Shown: positions 37,485 to 50,473 of the stretch, piece after piece | Position numbering within the stretch: the stretch's first letter is position 1 | Layout: each line of letters begins with the position of its first letter | NCBI RefSeq assembly: GCF_026571515.1 | Contig: NW_026854483.1 | Location: forward strand, 1 to 64,000 | Reading direction: 5' to 3' | Origin: Ruditapes philippinarum | Lineage: Eukaryota | Length of the DNA: 64,000 bases | The notes under the pieces: model-generated | Told to the model about the DNA's origin: nothing | Database searches by the model: none | The model's input: the letters and a program-made list of their open reading frames with translations, nothing else | Made by a program: the position numbers and the translations under genes

Positions 37485-39845
37485 ACAAGAGCACTGCTAG
37501 GCGGAGCATTATATGCACAAAGGAGTTTTTTTTGTTAGTAAGGATAAAACATTTGTAGGACATTGGAATTAAATACAGTATTACCTCCTTCAAAAAGCAA
37601 TCCTCCTTTATAGCTGAAGAACCTTCATATATATATATGTTTTCAAAGCAACAGCATCAAGTTGTAGTTATGCTTCAGAGACAACAACTTTCAGTGTAAA
37701 GATCATTGTGACCCTGACCTTTGACCTTATGACCCTAAAATCAATAGGGGTCATGTATTGGACATGGCTGTTCATCCTATAAACTTTTACAGCGTAGGTC
37801 GATTAATACTTAAGTTATTGAGAGAAAAGTTATTGAGAGAAACTGTTTTCAGTTTTAAGGTAATAGTGACCTTGACCTTTGACCTTGTGACCCAAAAATC
37901 GATAGGGGTCTTCTGCCTAATATGGACAATCATCCTATGAAGTTTGAATACTGTGGGCCAAATGGAACTTAAGTTATGCTCTGGAAACTGTTTTCAGTTT
38001 TAAGGTAATAGTGACCTTGACCTTTGACCTTGTGACCCCAAAATTAAATGGGGTCTTCTTCATAATATAGACAATCATCCTATGAAGTTTGAAGACTGTG
38101 GGCCAAATGGAACTTTAGTTATGCTCCAGAAACCATTTTCAGTGTTAGGGTAATAGTGACCTTGACGTTTGACCTTGTGACCCCAAAATCAATAGGGGTC
38201 TTCTTCACAATATAGACAATCATTCTATGAAGTTTGAAGACTGTGGGCCAAATGGAACTTTAGTTATGCTCTGAAAACCATTTTCAGTGTTAGGGTAATA
38301 GTGACCTTGATGTTTGACCTTGTGACCCCAAAATCAATAGGGGTCTTCTACCCAATATGGACAATCATCCTAGTAAGTTTGAAGACTGTGGGCCAAATGG
38401 AACTTAAGTTATGCTCCGGAAACCATTTTCAAATTTAAGGTAATAGTGACCTTGACCTTTGACCTTGCAACCCCAAAATCAATAGGGGTCTTCTACGCAA
38501 TATGGACAATCATCATATGAAGTTTGAATACTGTGGGCCAAATGGAACTTAAGTTATGCTCCGGAAACCAAATTGCTAACGGACGAACAGATGGACATAC
38601 TCACAAAATGGTGCTTTTTGATCTTTTTGGCCATTTTTAGTCACACAAGGCTTAAAACAAGAGGGCCATGATGGCCCTGAGGTCGCTCACCTGTATATAG
38701 CCCCCCCCCCCCCCCCACACCCATAAGAAGATGTTTCATGCTAAACATCTAAGCTCTAGCTCATTGGGCTTTTTAAAAGAAGATTTTTTAAAGTTTTTAC
38801 TATACACATATAGTTAAAAACGATGACACCCCTGGGGCGGGGCCAGTTTTGACCCAGGGCTTTTATTTGAACAAACATTGTAGACACTTACTGGAATGTT
38901 TCATGCTTAATATCTAAACTCTAGCTATTTGGGTTTTTTCAAAGAAGATTTTAAGTTTTTGCTATACACATATAAGGAAAATCAATGACCCCCGGGGCGG
39001 GGCCAATTTTGACCCCAGGTCTTTTATTTGAACAAACTTTGTAGACACTTACTAGAAGATGCTTCATGCTTAATATCTAAACTCTAGCTATTTGGGTTTT
39101 TTCAAAGAAGATTTTTCAAGTTTTTGCTATACACATATAAGGAAAATCAATGACCCCCGGGGCGGGGCCAATTTTGACCCCAGTGCTTTTATTTGCACAA
39201 ACTTAGTAGACACCTATTAGAACATGTTTGAAGCTAAATATCTTAGCTCTAGCTCTTGGAGTTCTTTAAAAGAAGATTTTTTAAGTTTTTACTATATGCA
39301 TATAGGGAAAATCAATGACCCCCTGGGGCGGGGCCAATTTTGACCCCAGGGCTTTTATTTGAACAAACTTGGTAGACACTCACTAGAAGATGTTTCATGC
39401 CAAATATCTAAGCTCTAGCTTTTAGGATTTTTTAAAAGAACATATTTAAAGTTTTTTCTTTCGGTTGCCATGGCAACCAGAGTTCTGCATGGAATTAAAT
39501 TCTTTGAACAATTTTTAAATGTGACCACCAAAGGAACATTCCTGTGAAGTTTGGATGAAATTGGCCTAGTGGTTTATGAGGAGATGTCATTTAAAGTAAA
39601 AGTTTACGGACGACGGACGGACAACAGACGAAAAGCGATCACAAAAGCTCACCCTGTCACTTTGTGACAGGTGAGCTAAAAAGACACACAAGTAAAAACG
39701 GAATGAATAGGATCAAAGAGAATTTACTGTTACCCATTGTTCTCCAAGTCACACAAGTACCTCTGGGTTCATACGGACGGATGGACAGAGGGACGGACGC
39801 CAGGGGGTATAACATAATATGCCCAAAATTATTTCGGGCAATATA
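37485..39845 (+). mobile_element. HINE-like element with 145-bp tandem array (~6 copies)
   Basis: ACAAGAG start; TAATAGTGACCTTG recurs at 37861, 38006, 38151, 38296 and 38441; GGAC microsatellite; terminal hairpin TGCCC..GGGCA at ~39820-39840. Interrupted by 38657-39679. Confidence 0.75.
38657..39679 (+). mobile_element. HINE-like element with ~165-bp tandem array
   Basis: ACAAGAGGGCCATGATGGCCCT..GCTCACCTG start, ~4.5 core repeats, (GGAC)n, TGTCACTTTGTGACA hairpin and GGTGAGCTAA end. Confidence 0.8.
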
Positions 39846-41509
39846 GAAATATGTCTGGTTCAGGAAACATTGGCCCAAAAATTAGGAGGGTAGGGATTTT
39901 CAATTTTTTTTTTTCCATTTTCACATGTGTTGCTTGCATAACATACTTGAACAGAGATTGTAATCAATCAATGCAAACACCAATTTTTCGAACTTCCAGC
40001 ATAGTGTGTTTCACTGCAATCTCAATATGAATGGTATTGATAAAGAATTATATTAAAATGATCACTGTCAACAAGTTAAGAATGACACTAGCAAATAGTT
40101 TAGCATCTTTTCGCTTGAAGCAGCTCTCGTAAATGAAACACTTTTATCAAACAAATGCCCTAAATTAAAACATGTTACTTCACCTTCCAAAATGTTGCCC
40201 CTTGGATGGCCGTTGACATCTCACTTTTGACGTCGTATAATACTTACATGTTTTTTGAGATTGGCCAAACGTAAAGTTGACTAAAACAATGCATGTACAT
40301 AAAAGTTTAATATTAAGTAACTCATATCAAATATTTGAAACAATGAACAGCAAAATTCATTGCTTTTCCATATTCAAAAATATTGAAGCTTATTAAACTT
40401 TTCGTACCCAAAATATTTCGCAGAGAAAATAAAAAAAATAGTTTAGGGTCGGCTGTAAAAAAATAGGGTAGGTCGGGTTCCCTGAACCAGACATATTTTA
40501 TATTTTGGCCTAAGCTTTACTATTGAAAAAACACCTTAAGCACCCCATTCTAATATCAATTGTTTCAGTGGCGCAAGATGGAGTCATCAGAGCAGAACAA
40601 CAGACGCAGCTGAAAATAGCTTCCTCGCATGAAAGAATCCAAAGACCAAGGATGGAGTTATGTGTAGGTATATCTTCTAAAAGTACTGTAAAGTAAAATT
40701 ACCATTAAACATGATGTTGTTTATTGATCTCTCAAGTATTTCAGGTTTCATTTCATGCATTGAAGATTCTTCATTTCCTATGCATCCTGAAATATAAAAT
40801 ATGGTTTTACATATTCTGTAACATAAGCTACTTTACTATTCAAAAAGATGAACTTGGAAAAAAAAGGAATGACAAACATATGAAACATCAGGTAAAAATG
40901 AACAAAATTAAATGATCTAGCTACCACTTTTGATGATAAGATCACCTTCAGGATAAAAACAATATAGAAATTCAGCCCAACAAAATGTGGATTACTTTTT
41001 AGATGTTACTAAAGATAGATTCAACAGTGTCATGTTTCCAGTAATTTGAAGTCTGAGTACAAGTTAGTCATTAGAGATTTTCCTGAGAAAAATATTTAGC
41101 AGACTTGAAAATCCCATATAATTACGCTATGGATATTGATTATAATTAAGGTCACTATGCTGGCTGATTTGTGCCATTCGTGTTTTTGCCCCGCGACCCG
41201 GCCAAGCGAAAGGGTCGCGGAATGAAAACATGCTAATTAGCGCCCCTGCTAGTGTGTTTTTGCTCCGCTCCTCGCCATTTTAACTTGTTAATTATCGACT
41301 TTTTGCTTGGCGGGGTCGCGGGACGAAAACACGCTAATTAGTGGGGGCGCGCGGCGAAGTTTTACATGCTCAAACGGACAGGCAGATATGGGCAAATCTA
41401 AATCTGCCCCCCCCCCCCACCCAAAGTGGGAGCACAAAAATACATTTATTTGATACAATGTAAGATATGGCAAGTCTAGACTATTCAAGCATATATTGTA
41501 AATATAGAA

Positions 41510-43620
41510 TATACCAATTTCTTGAAAAAAAGTTTAAGGGGGACATTATTCTAGAAATAGTCTTGCTAGAGTATTGAACCTTCTCACAAATGATTGAGTG
41601 ATAATAAGAAACATATATATGAAGTTTGAAGAAGATACATTAAGAAATAAAGAAGTTATATAAATAAACAACATTTTTTTCATGTAAATTCAAGGGAGGC
41701 AATTCTGATAATTTTTTTGTGCTAGAGTTAAAACCGTGTCATATATGATGTGGTTGGTGACCAGAAACTTACGTTTGAAATAAATACCTTAAGAAATAAA
41801 GAATTTATAGTGAAAAATCCTAAAAACTAGAATCAGATATTTTGACGAGGTTTCCGACATTTGTAAGTATGACATCTCAATATACTCCCTATAGTCAAGA
41901 TTAAAATGATGTGTATAATTTCCATACTACCATCTATCCATATTTAAAGACTCATAAAAAAATTCAGGTTTTTTTTTTACTAATCACAAATATTGTTATA
42001 TTTGCCATGTTTTAAGCCTATTTGTTGCCATGGCAAACATTTTTTTTTCAAAATAGGTGAAAAGAAATCGACATGCATAATCTCCATACTGCCATCTACC
42101 CATATTTCAAGTTTCATAAAAATATTTTCAGTACTTTTTGCATTACCACTAGATCCAGTTTACGTGTTAAATTTGCCTTATTTTTAGTCTATTTGTAAAA
42201 CCACAATTTTCAAAATAGGAAGAAAAGAAAAAGATGTGCATAATTTCCAGACTGCCATCATCCCATATTTCAAGTTTCATAAAAATATTTCAAGTACTTT
42301 TTGCCGTATCACTGGATCCAGTTTATGTGTAAAATTTGCCATCAAAATTTTCCGTCAGTCCCGAAGTCTGTCTGTCAGTCCGTCCGTCCACAAAACTGGA
42401 ACCCGCGATAACACAAAAAGTACTAAAATATTTTTATGAAACTTGATAAATGGATAGGTGGCAGTATGGAGATTAGGCCGTCTTTTTCTTTACTACCTAT
42501 GTTGAAAATTCTGGTTGCTATGGCAACAAATAGACTGAATTTCAATATTTCCGATTTAAATTTTTAAGCTTTTTCACTAAAAGTTCTTCATTTCTTAAGG
42601 AGTTTACTTCAAACTTTAAATATTAGTTTCTGGTCATCAACCACATCATATGTGACTAGGTTTACAACTCCAGCACAAAAATTATCAGAATTACCTCCCT
42701 TGAACTTAGAATTTTTATAAAAAAAATGTTGTCTTTTTTAAATAACTTCTTTATTTATTAATGTAACTATCTACTTCAAACTTCATATTTATGTTTCTTA
42801 TTATCACTCAACATTTTTGAGAAGGTTAAATACTCTAGCAAGACTATTTCTAGAATTATGTCCCCCTTGAACTTAGATTTTTTTCGAGAAATTGGTATTT
42901 TTTACTCCAACTTCTTCATTCCTTATAGGATTAACTTAAAAATCCCACATCATAATAATATGACAAGGTTTATAAATCTAGAATCCATATTTCCAGAATT
43001 ATCTCCTCCTTGAAGTTTGAAATTTTCTTATTCATTCTTTCCTTCATGGATGTTCTTCAAATTCAAAATAAACATTCATTATCAACACCTACATGCACAT
43101 TATAATTATTTCTTTTTTAATTTTCATCTTTGTTACTTACTATACATTATAGTTAATGCTAATTTGAAAATTGTTATTTTTTTTACTTATCTTCTTTGTG
43201 ACTTTAAATGGTATCTTAAAACTTAAAGTAAAACTCACATCATATATGACAATGTTCATAAATCTAGCATATTTATTTCAAGAGTTATCTTCTCTTTAAG
43301 AATTTTGCATTAAAATATGTCATTTTTGAAACAATATGTTATTTTTGAAAAAATAACTTTAGAGTCTCCTTCAGGCTGTCTGTATGTACGTCTGTCTGTA
43401 TGTCTGTTCATAAATTTTTTTTCCTGAGATCACTTTTAAAGATTTTTTCCAACAAATTTACTTACAATAGAGAAAAGTTGAAACATTAGTTTAATTCTTA
43501 TTCATCCTGAGAAAATTGGACCTTTTGATTATCTGTTGTATACACATAATTTCCTTACTAGGCAGGGAAACTTAACACATTACTGTGATATAGACAAACT
43601 TAGAACTCAAAAGATTTAAG
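41510..43620. repeat. complex repeat block with internal foldback (41510-41820 vs 42570-42900) and an inverted copy at 56080-57850
   Basis: Direct reading shows reverse-complement matches, e.g. TTCTAGAAATAGTCTTGCTAGAGTATT / AATACTCTAGCAAGACTATTTCTAGAA. Confidence 0.75.
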
Positions 43621-43848
43621 TTCATTCATGTCATTCATTAACTGGTAAAATTGAATGGCCAATGGCCCATCAGAATGTTGCTGGGGTTCTAACCGGTAGG
43701 GGACTTGTGGATTGCTTGCAATACTTTGATAATTTGCTTGTATTAACTAGCTCTGCACTGTCTAGTAATATTTTTGGGGAAAATATTGAAAATGATGAAT
43801 TATACTAGTTATTTACTAAAATAAACTGTTTTTATTTTTTTTATTTAA

Positions 43849-44460
43849 CCCATTACTTCATGAGCATTTTGTGAAAAATGGCTGTTTTCATTGAAAAGTC
43901 TCCCGTTCAAATTGCTATAATGCTATAAAAACTGCTTCAATACTAATCAAACTTGGCACAAATGTTGACTGGACCATTGCCCTTGCAACAACATGCTCAG
44001 GCTAAAATTTTCTGTTAACATGGCAACGAGGGGACATCTCAAAATTGCCAAAAATCACTATTTTGCGTTGATTTTTTCCATCAAAATTGATTTCAAAGTG
44101 CTGCAACTTCTCAATGGATTGAGATAGAGTCAAATACTTTTCAGCGTTGGTTACACGTTACCTTATGATCAATCTGGGTTCATTTTTAGCCTCTCACAAG
44201 TCCAAAATTTTCTTGGCGATGAGGGGGACTGCTGTCCCCCTTCAAACCCCCCAAACAGAAGGGGGCACATCCCCCTTCTGGCAACCCCCTGATGTATCTT
44301 TTAGTTGGGGGAACACGCCGAAAAAGTGGTCACTTTTTTTAACAACATTTCTCAAACAAAAATAAGTGTTGGGGTCCTAAATAAGCCATTTTTTCACCAT
44401 TTGAGACAAAAAAAAGGGGGGTGAAAAAGGCATTAAAAGGCGTTTATATCGCATAATGGG
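43849..44460. mobile_element. piggyBac-type MITE, longer copy
   Basis: TTAA|CCCATTAC start, ATAATGGG end (right TTAA missing); reverse complement of 127-521 plus a ~230-bp internal segment. Confidence 0.75.
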
Positions 44461-45144
44461 AAGTCCCCTCCGGTAAACCGGTAGGGGACTAACTAGAAAT
44501 GTGTCATCATGCCACGGATGCCCCCGCATGCAGCCAAAATTTCAGATATTATAATATTTAGTCAGGGTTCTCGGGGACGCTTATTTCAGCGTCCCGGTAC
44601 GCATGTTTATTGCAGCTGGACGCAAGTATTTCAGAGCAAGGATTCCGCGTACGCTTAATTTTGCCTGGGGACGCATAAACATAACAGATAGTTTTACACC
44701 CCTAAATACACAAATACGTCGGCGCGTGTCAGTCGATAAGTAGGCCGTCCTATGCACATCGACCAGTAAAGCGATTAGCCAATCAGCGATAGCGCTTCCA
44801 CTCTGATTGATGGATCATTATCACGCGACAGCGATCAGACTAATGTATACATGCGCTGTACATGTAATTACCAGACATAACACGAGGTGATAATCTTTTT
44901 ATCTTTGATCAACAGTTGATTGGAAATTAGCAAATTTTACCGACAAACGGATTAACTGTTGACTAATTAGGTGGAAATTAATTACGCCGCAAGCTTAAAG
45001 ACTGTTTTCTCAAGTTTACAAATGAGTGTAATTATGAATAATTGTCGGTTATTTTCGGCATTTTCTAGGCAAAATTTTGCTTTAGTTTTCATTCTTGAAA
45101 AAACGTTCTATGAGAGCATTAAGAATTTAAGATATTGTGCCGAT

Positions 45145-47914
45145 ATGCCTGGACAACAAACGTTATTTAATTGTGGTGTAAAACGAAAAAGGGATGACCA
45201 ATGTGATAAAGTCAGAGACTCGGATGATAATAATGACATTGACACAATTTCAAACGCTAAAAACTTGAAAAGGGAATGTATACCTGGAAATCTGAATGGA
45301 AAAGAACATTTCCGTGGTTAGAAAAAAATGGAAAAGATGGAAATTTGCTTGCTATTTGTGCTTGGTGCAAGGCTTCAAAACGAAGCAATTCAATGGCAAC
45401 AGTTGGCTCACCAAATCTACAGGTAATATTTTTATTGCTTCATATTAACTTAAATAAGGCCATCCTTAATCAACATTAAATCTTTAAATATTGACGTCCA
45501 ATTTGCCCCTTTTGAAGATATTTGCTAAAATAATTGTCGATCAGATGAATCTCTTACACACTGTGTGAAGCTGTACACGATTTTCCTATTCATATCACTA
45601 AATGCTGCCTATATACATGTACAAATTTTTTACAAATATAATGAACTTTTGGTCTTAAAGAGTGGACTTATTTAACCAAAATATAATTTGATTTGGTATA
45701 AAGGTGAAAAAAAAACAATAACGATTAATACGTTTGTTTCAAATTCATGTACATGTATGATACATCAATGAATGAAATATTGCCCCTGTAAATAATAAAT
45801 TAATTATTCATTTTTTTCCCCAGAGTTCTACGAGGCCACAAAGGACCATTTATTTGCGACACAGGCACGCCATTCCATACAAAAGAACATTACTGTGCAG
45901 AAAGTTGTCGAGTCGCTTAATGAACAAGACCAGGAACAGGATACCGATTCAATTACGGCACAACTGAACACTATGTATTACATAGCCAAACAGGGGGTTG
46001 CCCTGAATCAGTTTGACAAGATTATAGAACTTCAGGTAAGAACAAGTAATTTTTGAAAATCAGATATTCTACAAATGCTGAAGATATTTTATGAACTTTC
46101 ACACATCTTAATAATGACAATGTCAATCTATAGCAAAGAAAACATAATTATCTAAGGTATACCAACAGCAAATATGTGTTGAATTGGCATTGAAAAGAGG
46201 CAAATTGTATGTGTTATGATGTAGATTAACTGAAATAAATTATAATTTATATTGAATTTAATTATATTTTAATAGTCGGTTCTATATCATACTTGCTTAA
46301 GTGTTGAACTGATATAATAACAGAACTCAAGATATCAGACTATCATTTTACAGCTTGATATGTATTTCTGTTTTAGGTCAAGAACAACTGTCCAGGGTTA
46401 CAGAATCCAAAGAAAATATATACAAGTGAGGAGTCGAAGACCGAGCTCCTAGATGCTATCAATGCTACACTAGACGAGAACCTGACTGAAAACTTACACA
46501 AATCAGATTACATTGGTCTTGTACAGACATTACAGTGCACAAAAAATTGAATGTGTATGTGAAGTGTTTAGTCTCTAATGAACCAAAAGTTCACTTCTTG
46601 GAGTGTATTAATGTTCAAAATGGAACAGCAGACACCATAGTTACAGCTGTTAAGGAACTTTTCACAGAGAAAAATATACCTCTAGACAAAGTTGTAACTC
46701 TCGCAAGTGATGGAGCCAGTGTTATGACGGGTAAGAAGGGAGGTGTTGGGATCAAATTAAAAGAATTTTCACCCTTGATGATACAAATTCATTGTGTTGC
46801 GCACAGGTTGGCCCTTGCTGCAGGTCATGCTTGTTGAGATATCCCAATGCTTGATGAGTATCAGCAGACAGTAAAGTGTATCTATCGCCATTTTAGTAAC
46901 TCAGCCGTAAGATACAATAAGCTAAGAACTCTTGTGAAGGTGTTGAAGGATGATGACATCAAATTTGTGACTTTAAAAGAACCATCCAGCTTTAGATGGC
47001 TTTCAGTAGGTAAGGCTGTTGACGCCATTTATGAAGTGTACCCAGCTTTGTATCAGACACTAGAACAAGAAGCAGCTGAGGGACAGGCTGATGCTAAAGG
47101 GCTACTCACAAAGATAAGAAATGTAAACTTTGTACTTGTGACTGCTTTTCTTAAGGATGTTCTGAGCATCATAACTAGGCTAAGTACAATTCTTCAAGGG
47201 GACTATGTTGACATTAACATTGTAGAAACACAAATTGAGCTATCTCAGGCAAAGTTGGATAGAATGAAAAGAGTGAATGGGAAGGAGCTTGAGGCAACAT
47301 ATGATAGTATAGACAATGGTGTATATAGAGGGGTTAAGTTGGTGGAAAGAGAAACACTGAGAATTGGTTTTCAAAACAGTGCAAATAAATATCTTGAAAA
47401 GCTGTGTGATAATATCAAGGACAGATTTGAACCAGAATCAATGGCAACCCTGAAAAATCTTGATGCTGTACTCAACCCAGAGAAGGTACCGAAGGCTATA
47501 GCAGCATTAGAGTTGTATGGAGAGAAAGACTTAGAGGAACTTATTAGAGTGTATGGTGTTAGTGTTATTGATGGAGACAGAGCACGAGATAGCTATTTGG
47601 ATGTGAAAATCATTCTGAAGAATCTGAATATGAACCTACAAGAAGGGTGTGTGCATATCATTAAGAAATACAGTGAACTTTACCCTGACTTTGTTCAACT
47701 AGCCAAAATCCTTCTTGTTTCCCCTGTCACTTCTGTAGCATGTGAAAGAGGATTTAGTGTTCACAACCATATTAAGACCAAAGGACGCTCTAGACTAAAC
47801 CACAATACTGTTGTTAAGCTCATGAGAATAACACAAGAAGGTCCCTCTTTGAAAGACTTCAACCCCTGTGCCAGTGTTGCCAAATTTAAACAATTGCGTC
47901 CAAGGAGGAAGTGA
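45145..47914 (+). pseudogene. hAT transposase (ZNF862-like), 3 exons, disrupted
   Basis: TTF-like Zn finger (WKRTFPWL..CAWC), SDGASVMTG, HCVAHRLALA, RWLS, SVACERGFS dimerisation motif. Introns 45423-45823 and 46036-46376. Frameshifts near 45276, 45829 and 46520; TGA at 46835-46837. Confidence 0.88.
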
Positions 47915-48215
47915 ACAAAACTCATGAACTGAATGAATGAAAGTCTAAAATATCCATGCCCATAAGGCACTTGAGGAGCTAAATAATTTAGCTAGTCAAT
48001 AGTTACTTTATATTTGAGGAAAGACATTTAAGTGACTGATTTTGATAGCATACATGTATATGTTCTTTTGAGTAGACTGTCTATTTTGATCACATAACAC
48101 ATGTCCACATTATGACTTGTTCTATTTCAGATGACACAAATATGGGAAAATATTTATTAAGTTATGTTCTGTTATTTTCATGCTATTTATTTGAAATCTA
48201 TCATCATGTTGACAT

Positions 48216-48218
<3 letters not shown>

Positions 48219-48277
<59 letters not shown>
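48219..48277. repeat. (AT)n microsatellite
   Basis: Perfect AT run inside the 3' part of the hAT element. Confidence 0.95.
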
Positions 48278-48279
<2 letters not shown>

Positions 48280-50224
48280 AAATAAAAACAGTTAATCTTT
48301 AATGTTTTGTTTCATTACTGTGTTGATGCATTATAATCATATAACTATAAAGTCTCTTGAAGATTCAAAATATCAGCTATTGTGAGCATTAAAGACTAAT
48401 CTGTAAGCATATTACTTGCGACGCGCTTTTAGACTCCAACTTTTTCAGACTTGGGAGTCCATGGCCTCCATGTTTTAAAGTCCTAGTGAGAACCCTGTTA
48501 GTTCCAAATTTGTTTGCACAAATTATTTTTTTCATTTTAAGTTCAAAGCCCTTAATAACACAAACCATTTTCATACAATGTTCAAGGCACTGAAATTATT
48601 CAGTCTTAACCTTTTGAAAATAGCATATTTCATATTAATAGCCAAAATAATGGCTACATACATTTCCATAAAAGTATGAGTGCTGAAACTGAAAGTTCAA
48701 AATTTTTCCAACATTCAAGAAAGATAAGTTTGTCCAAAATCATTGAACCGCAACCAAATTCAAACTTAAACTGCTTATTCCTAAGATGTATCTTATATTA
48801 TTTTCAAAGTGAAAGGGACATAACTCTGCCAAAAAATCATCGAACCATGACCAAAATCCAACTTGACCTGCCCATTCCTTTGACATATCCATATGTCAAA
48901 TTTGAGTTGAATATGTAACACTGTTGGGTAGATAATGAACAGAAACTGTAAATTTCATATTATTTTCAAAGTAAAAGGGGCATAACTCTGCCAAAAATCA
49001 TCGAACCATGACCAAATTTGAACTTGACCTGTGCATTCCTTTGACGTATCTATATGTCAAGTTTGAGTTGAATGTGTTGTACCGTTGGGGAGATAATGAA
49101 CGGAAACTAAAAATTTCATATTTTTTTCAAAGTGAAAGGGGCATAACTCTGCCAAAAATCATTGAACCATGACCAAATTCGAACTTGGCCTGTATTTTCT
49201 CATGAATGACATATCCATATGTCAAATTTGAGTTGAATGTGTTGTACTGTTGGGGAGATAATGAACGGAAACTGAAAATTTCATATTATTTTCAAAGTGA
49301 TAGGGGCATAACTCTGTAAAAAATCATCGAACCATGACCAAATTCGAACTTGACCTGTATTTTCTCATGACATTTCAATATGTCAAGTTTGAGTTGAATG
49401 TGTTGTACCGTTGGGGAAATAATGAACGGAAACTGAAAATTTCATATTATTTTCAAAGTAAAAGGGGCATAACTCTGCCAAAAATCATCGAACCATGACC
49501 AAATTCGAACTTGACCTGTATTTTCTCATGACATATCCATATGTCAAGTTTGAGTTGAATGTGTGCAACCGTTACTAAGATAATGAACGGAAACTGGTGA
49601 TGACGGAAGGACGGAACAGGGTAACAATATATGCCCACTATTATTTATGGATGTTATTTTGTATCAAGAGTTTTAGCGCGGTCAGTCTTTTTACCCCAAG
49701 ACACCCCTAGACTACCCCAAGACACCCCTACACTATCCCAAGTAATGTAAGATCATAAATCATATATTCTTTTTTGTGCAAAATAGTTTACAACAATGAA
49801 ATCATGCCGAGGTTGAGGGGTTTTGGTGTAGTGTGAGTTTTATTATGCGACAATGTCATTTTATGAGTGACACATTTTTGATGCCTGATTATTCAATTAT
49901 AAATATCATGAGAATGAGTTTTGGATGGATATGAATAAACTTGTCATAATAAAAATAGTAACACATCATTGTTTGTTGGTTTTTTATTTAATCATCTCTT
50001 TTATCTCTATCTTTTTTTTAAATTTTTTATTTCATTTTCGATGTAAAACTGCAAAAGTAACATATGATATAAAATGATACATGTTCACTGAACAATTTCT
50101 AAAGTTCATTGTTATGAATCTTTGCCCTCAAAAAACAACTTAGTCAACTGTATATATTTCATTTCTCATTGAAAGACAATGTGTGCCTCATTTTAACAGT
50201 ATATATATTTCTATAATGTTTTGT

Positions 50225-50452
50225 TTAGAAGCCTTCAAACTCCTCATCGTCACTTTCACCAAAGAGTTCATTAAACTGGCATTCAGTTAAAGTGTCAGCG
50301 TAAATATCTGTGTCCTGGTCATTTTCCTCATTTTCAGGCACAACATCTTGCTTGCTACTAGTACTAGCAAGAAATTCAGAGAAGAGTTCATCATCCTCAC
50401 TTCCATCTAATGAATTCGAAATTCCACACTTGAGGAAAGTTTTCTTTTGCAA
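50225..50452 (-). pseudogene. pogo/Tigger transposase C-terminal remnant
   Basis: FLKCGISNSLDGSEDD followed by an acidic tail ending FEGF is typical of pogo-family C-termini. A pogo-type TIR CGTCTTATAGTCGGAGAAATACGG|TA lies at 56056-56081. Confidence 0.7.
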
Positions 50453-50473
50453 ACTGAATTACAGTCAATTTAA

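Larger units (their letters stand above)
37473..40510. mobile_element. PIF/Harbinger-type MITE interrupted by two nested HINE-like elements
   Basis: TAA|GGCCAAA ... TTTGGCC|TAA. The left TIR resumes at ~39848 (ATATGTCTGGTTCAGG) and mirrors CCTGAACCAGACATAT at ~40481. Confidence 0.7.
44563..48497 (+). mobile_element. hAT-superfamily DNA transposon with 5-bp TSD (hAT5-like), full length but defective
   Basis: TIR CAGGGTTCTC / GAGAACCCTG; TSD TTAGT (44558-44562 / 48498-48502); internal transposase. Confidence 0.9.
44492..49640 (+). mobile_element. HINE-like element with ~162-bp tandem array, split by the hAT insertion
   Basis: ACTAGAAATGTGTC..CACGGATGCCCCC start; CATAACTCTG core repeats at ~48819, 48981, 49142, 49307 and 49468; GACGGAAG microsatellite at the end. 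Confidence 0.7.

Noticed and set aside
40184-40219. Exon-like ATG..AAG|GTGAAG on the minus strand as an alternative nanos first exon
   Set aside because: Phase 0, incompatible with the phase-1 acceptor; lies inside a Harbinger MITE; no Nanos motif.
46535-47914. Domesticated ZNF862-like host gene or stop-codon readthrough at TGA 46835
   Set aside because: Bounded by TIRs and TSD with several additional frameshifts; a decayed transposase is the simpler explanation.
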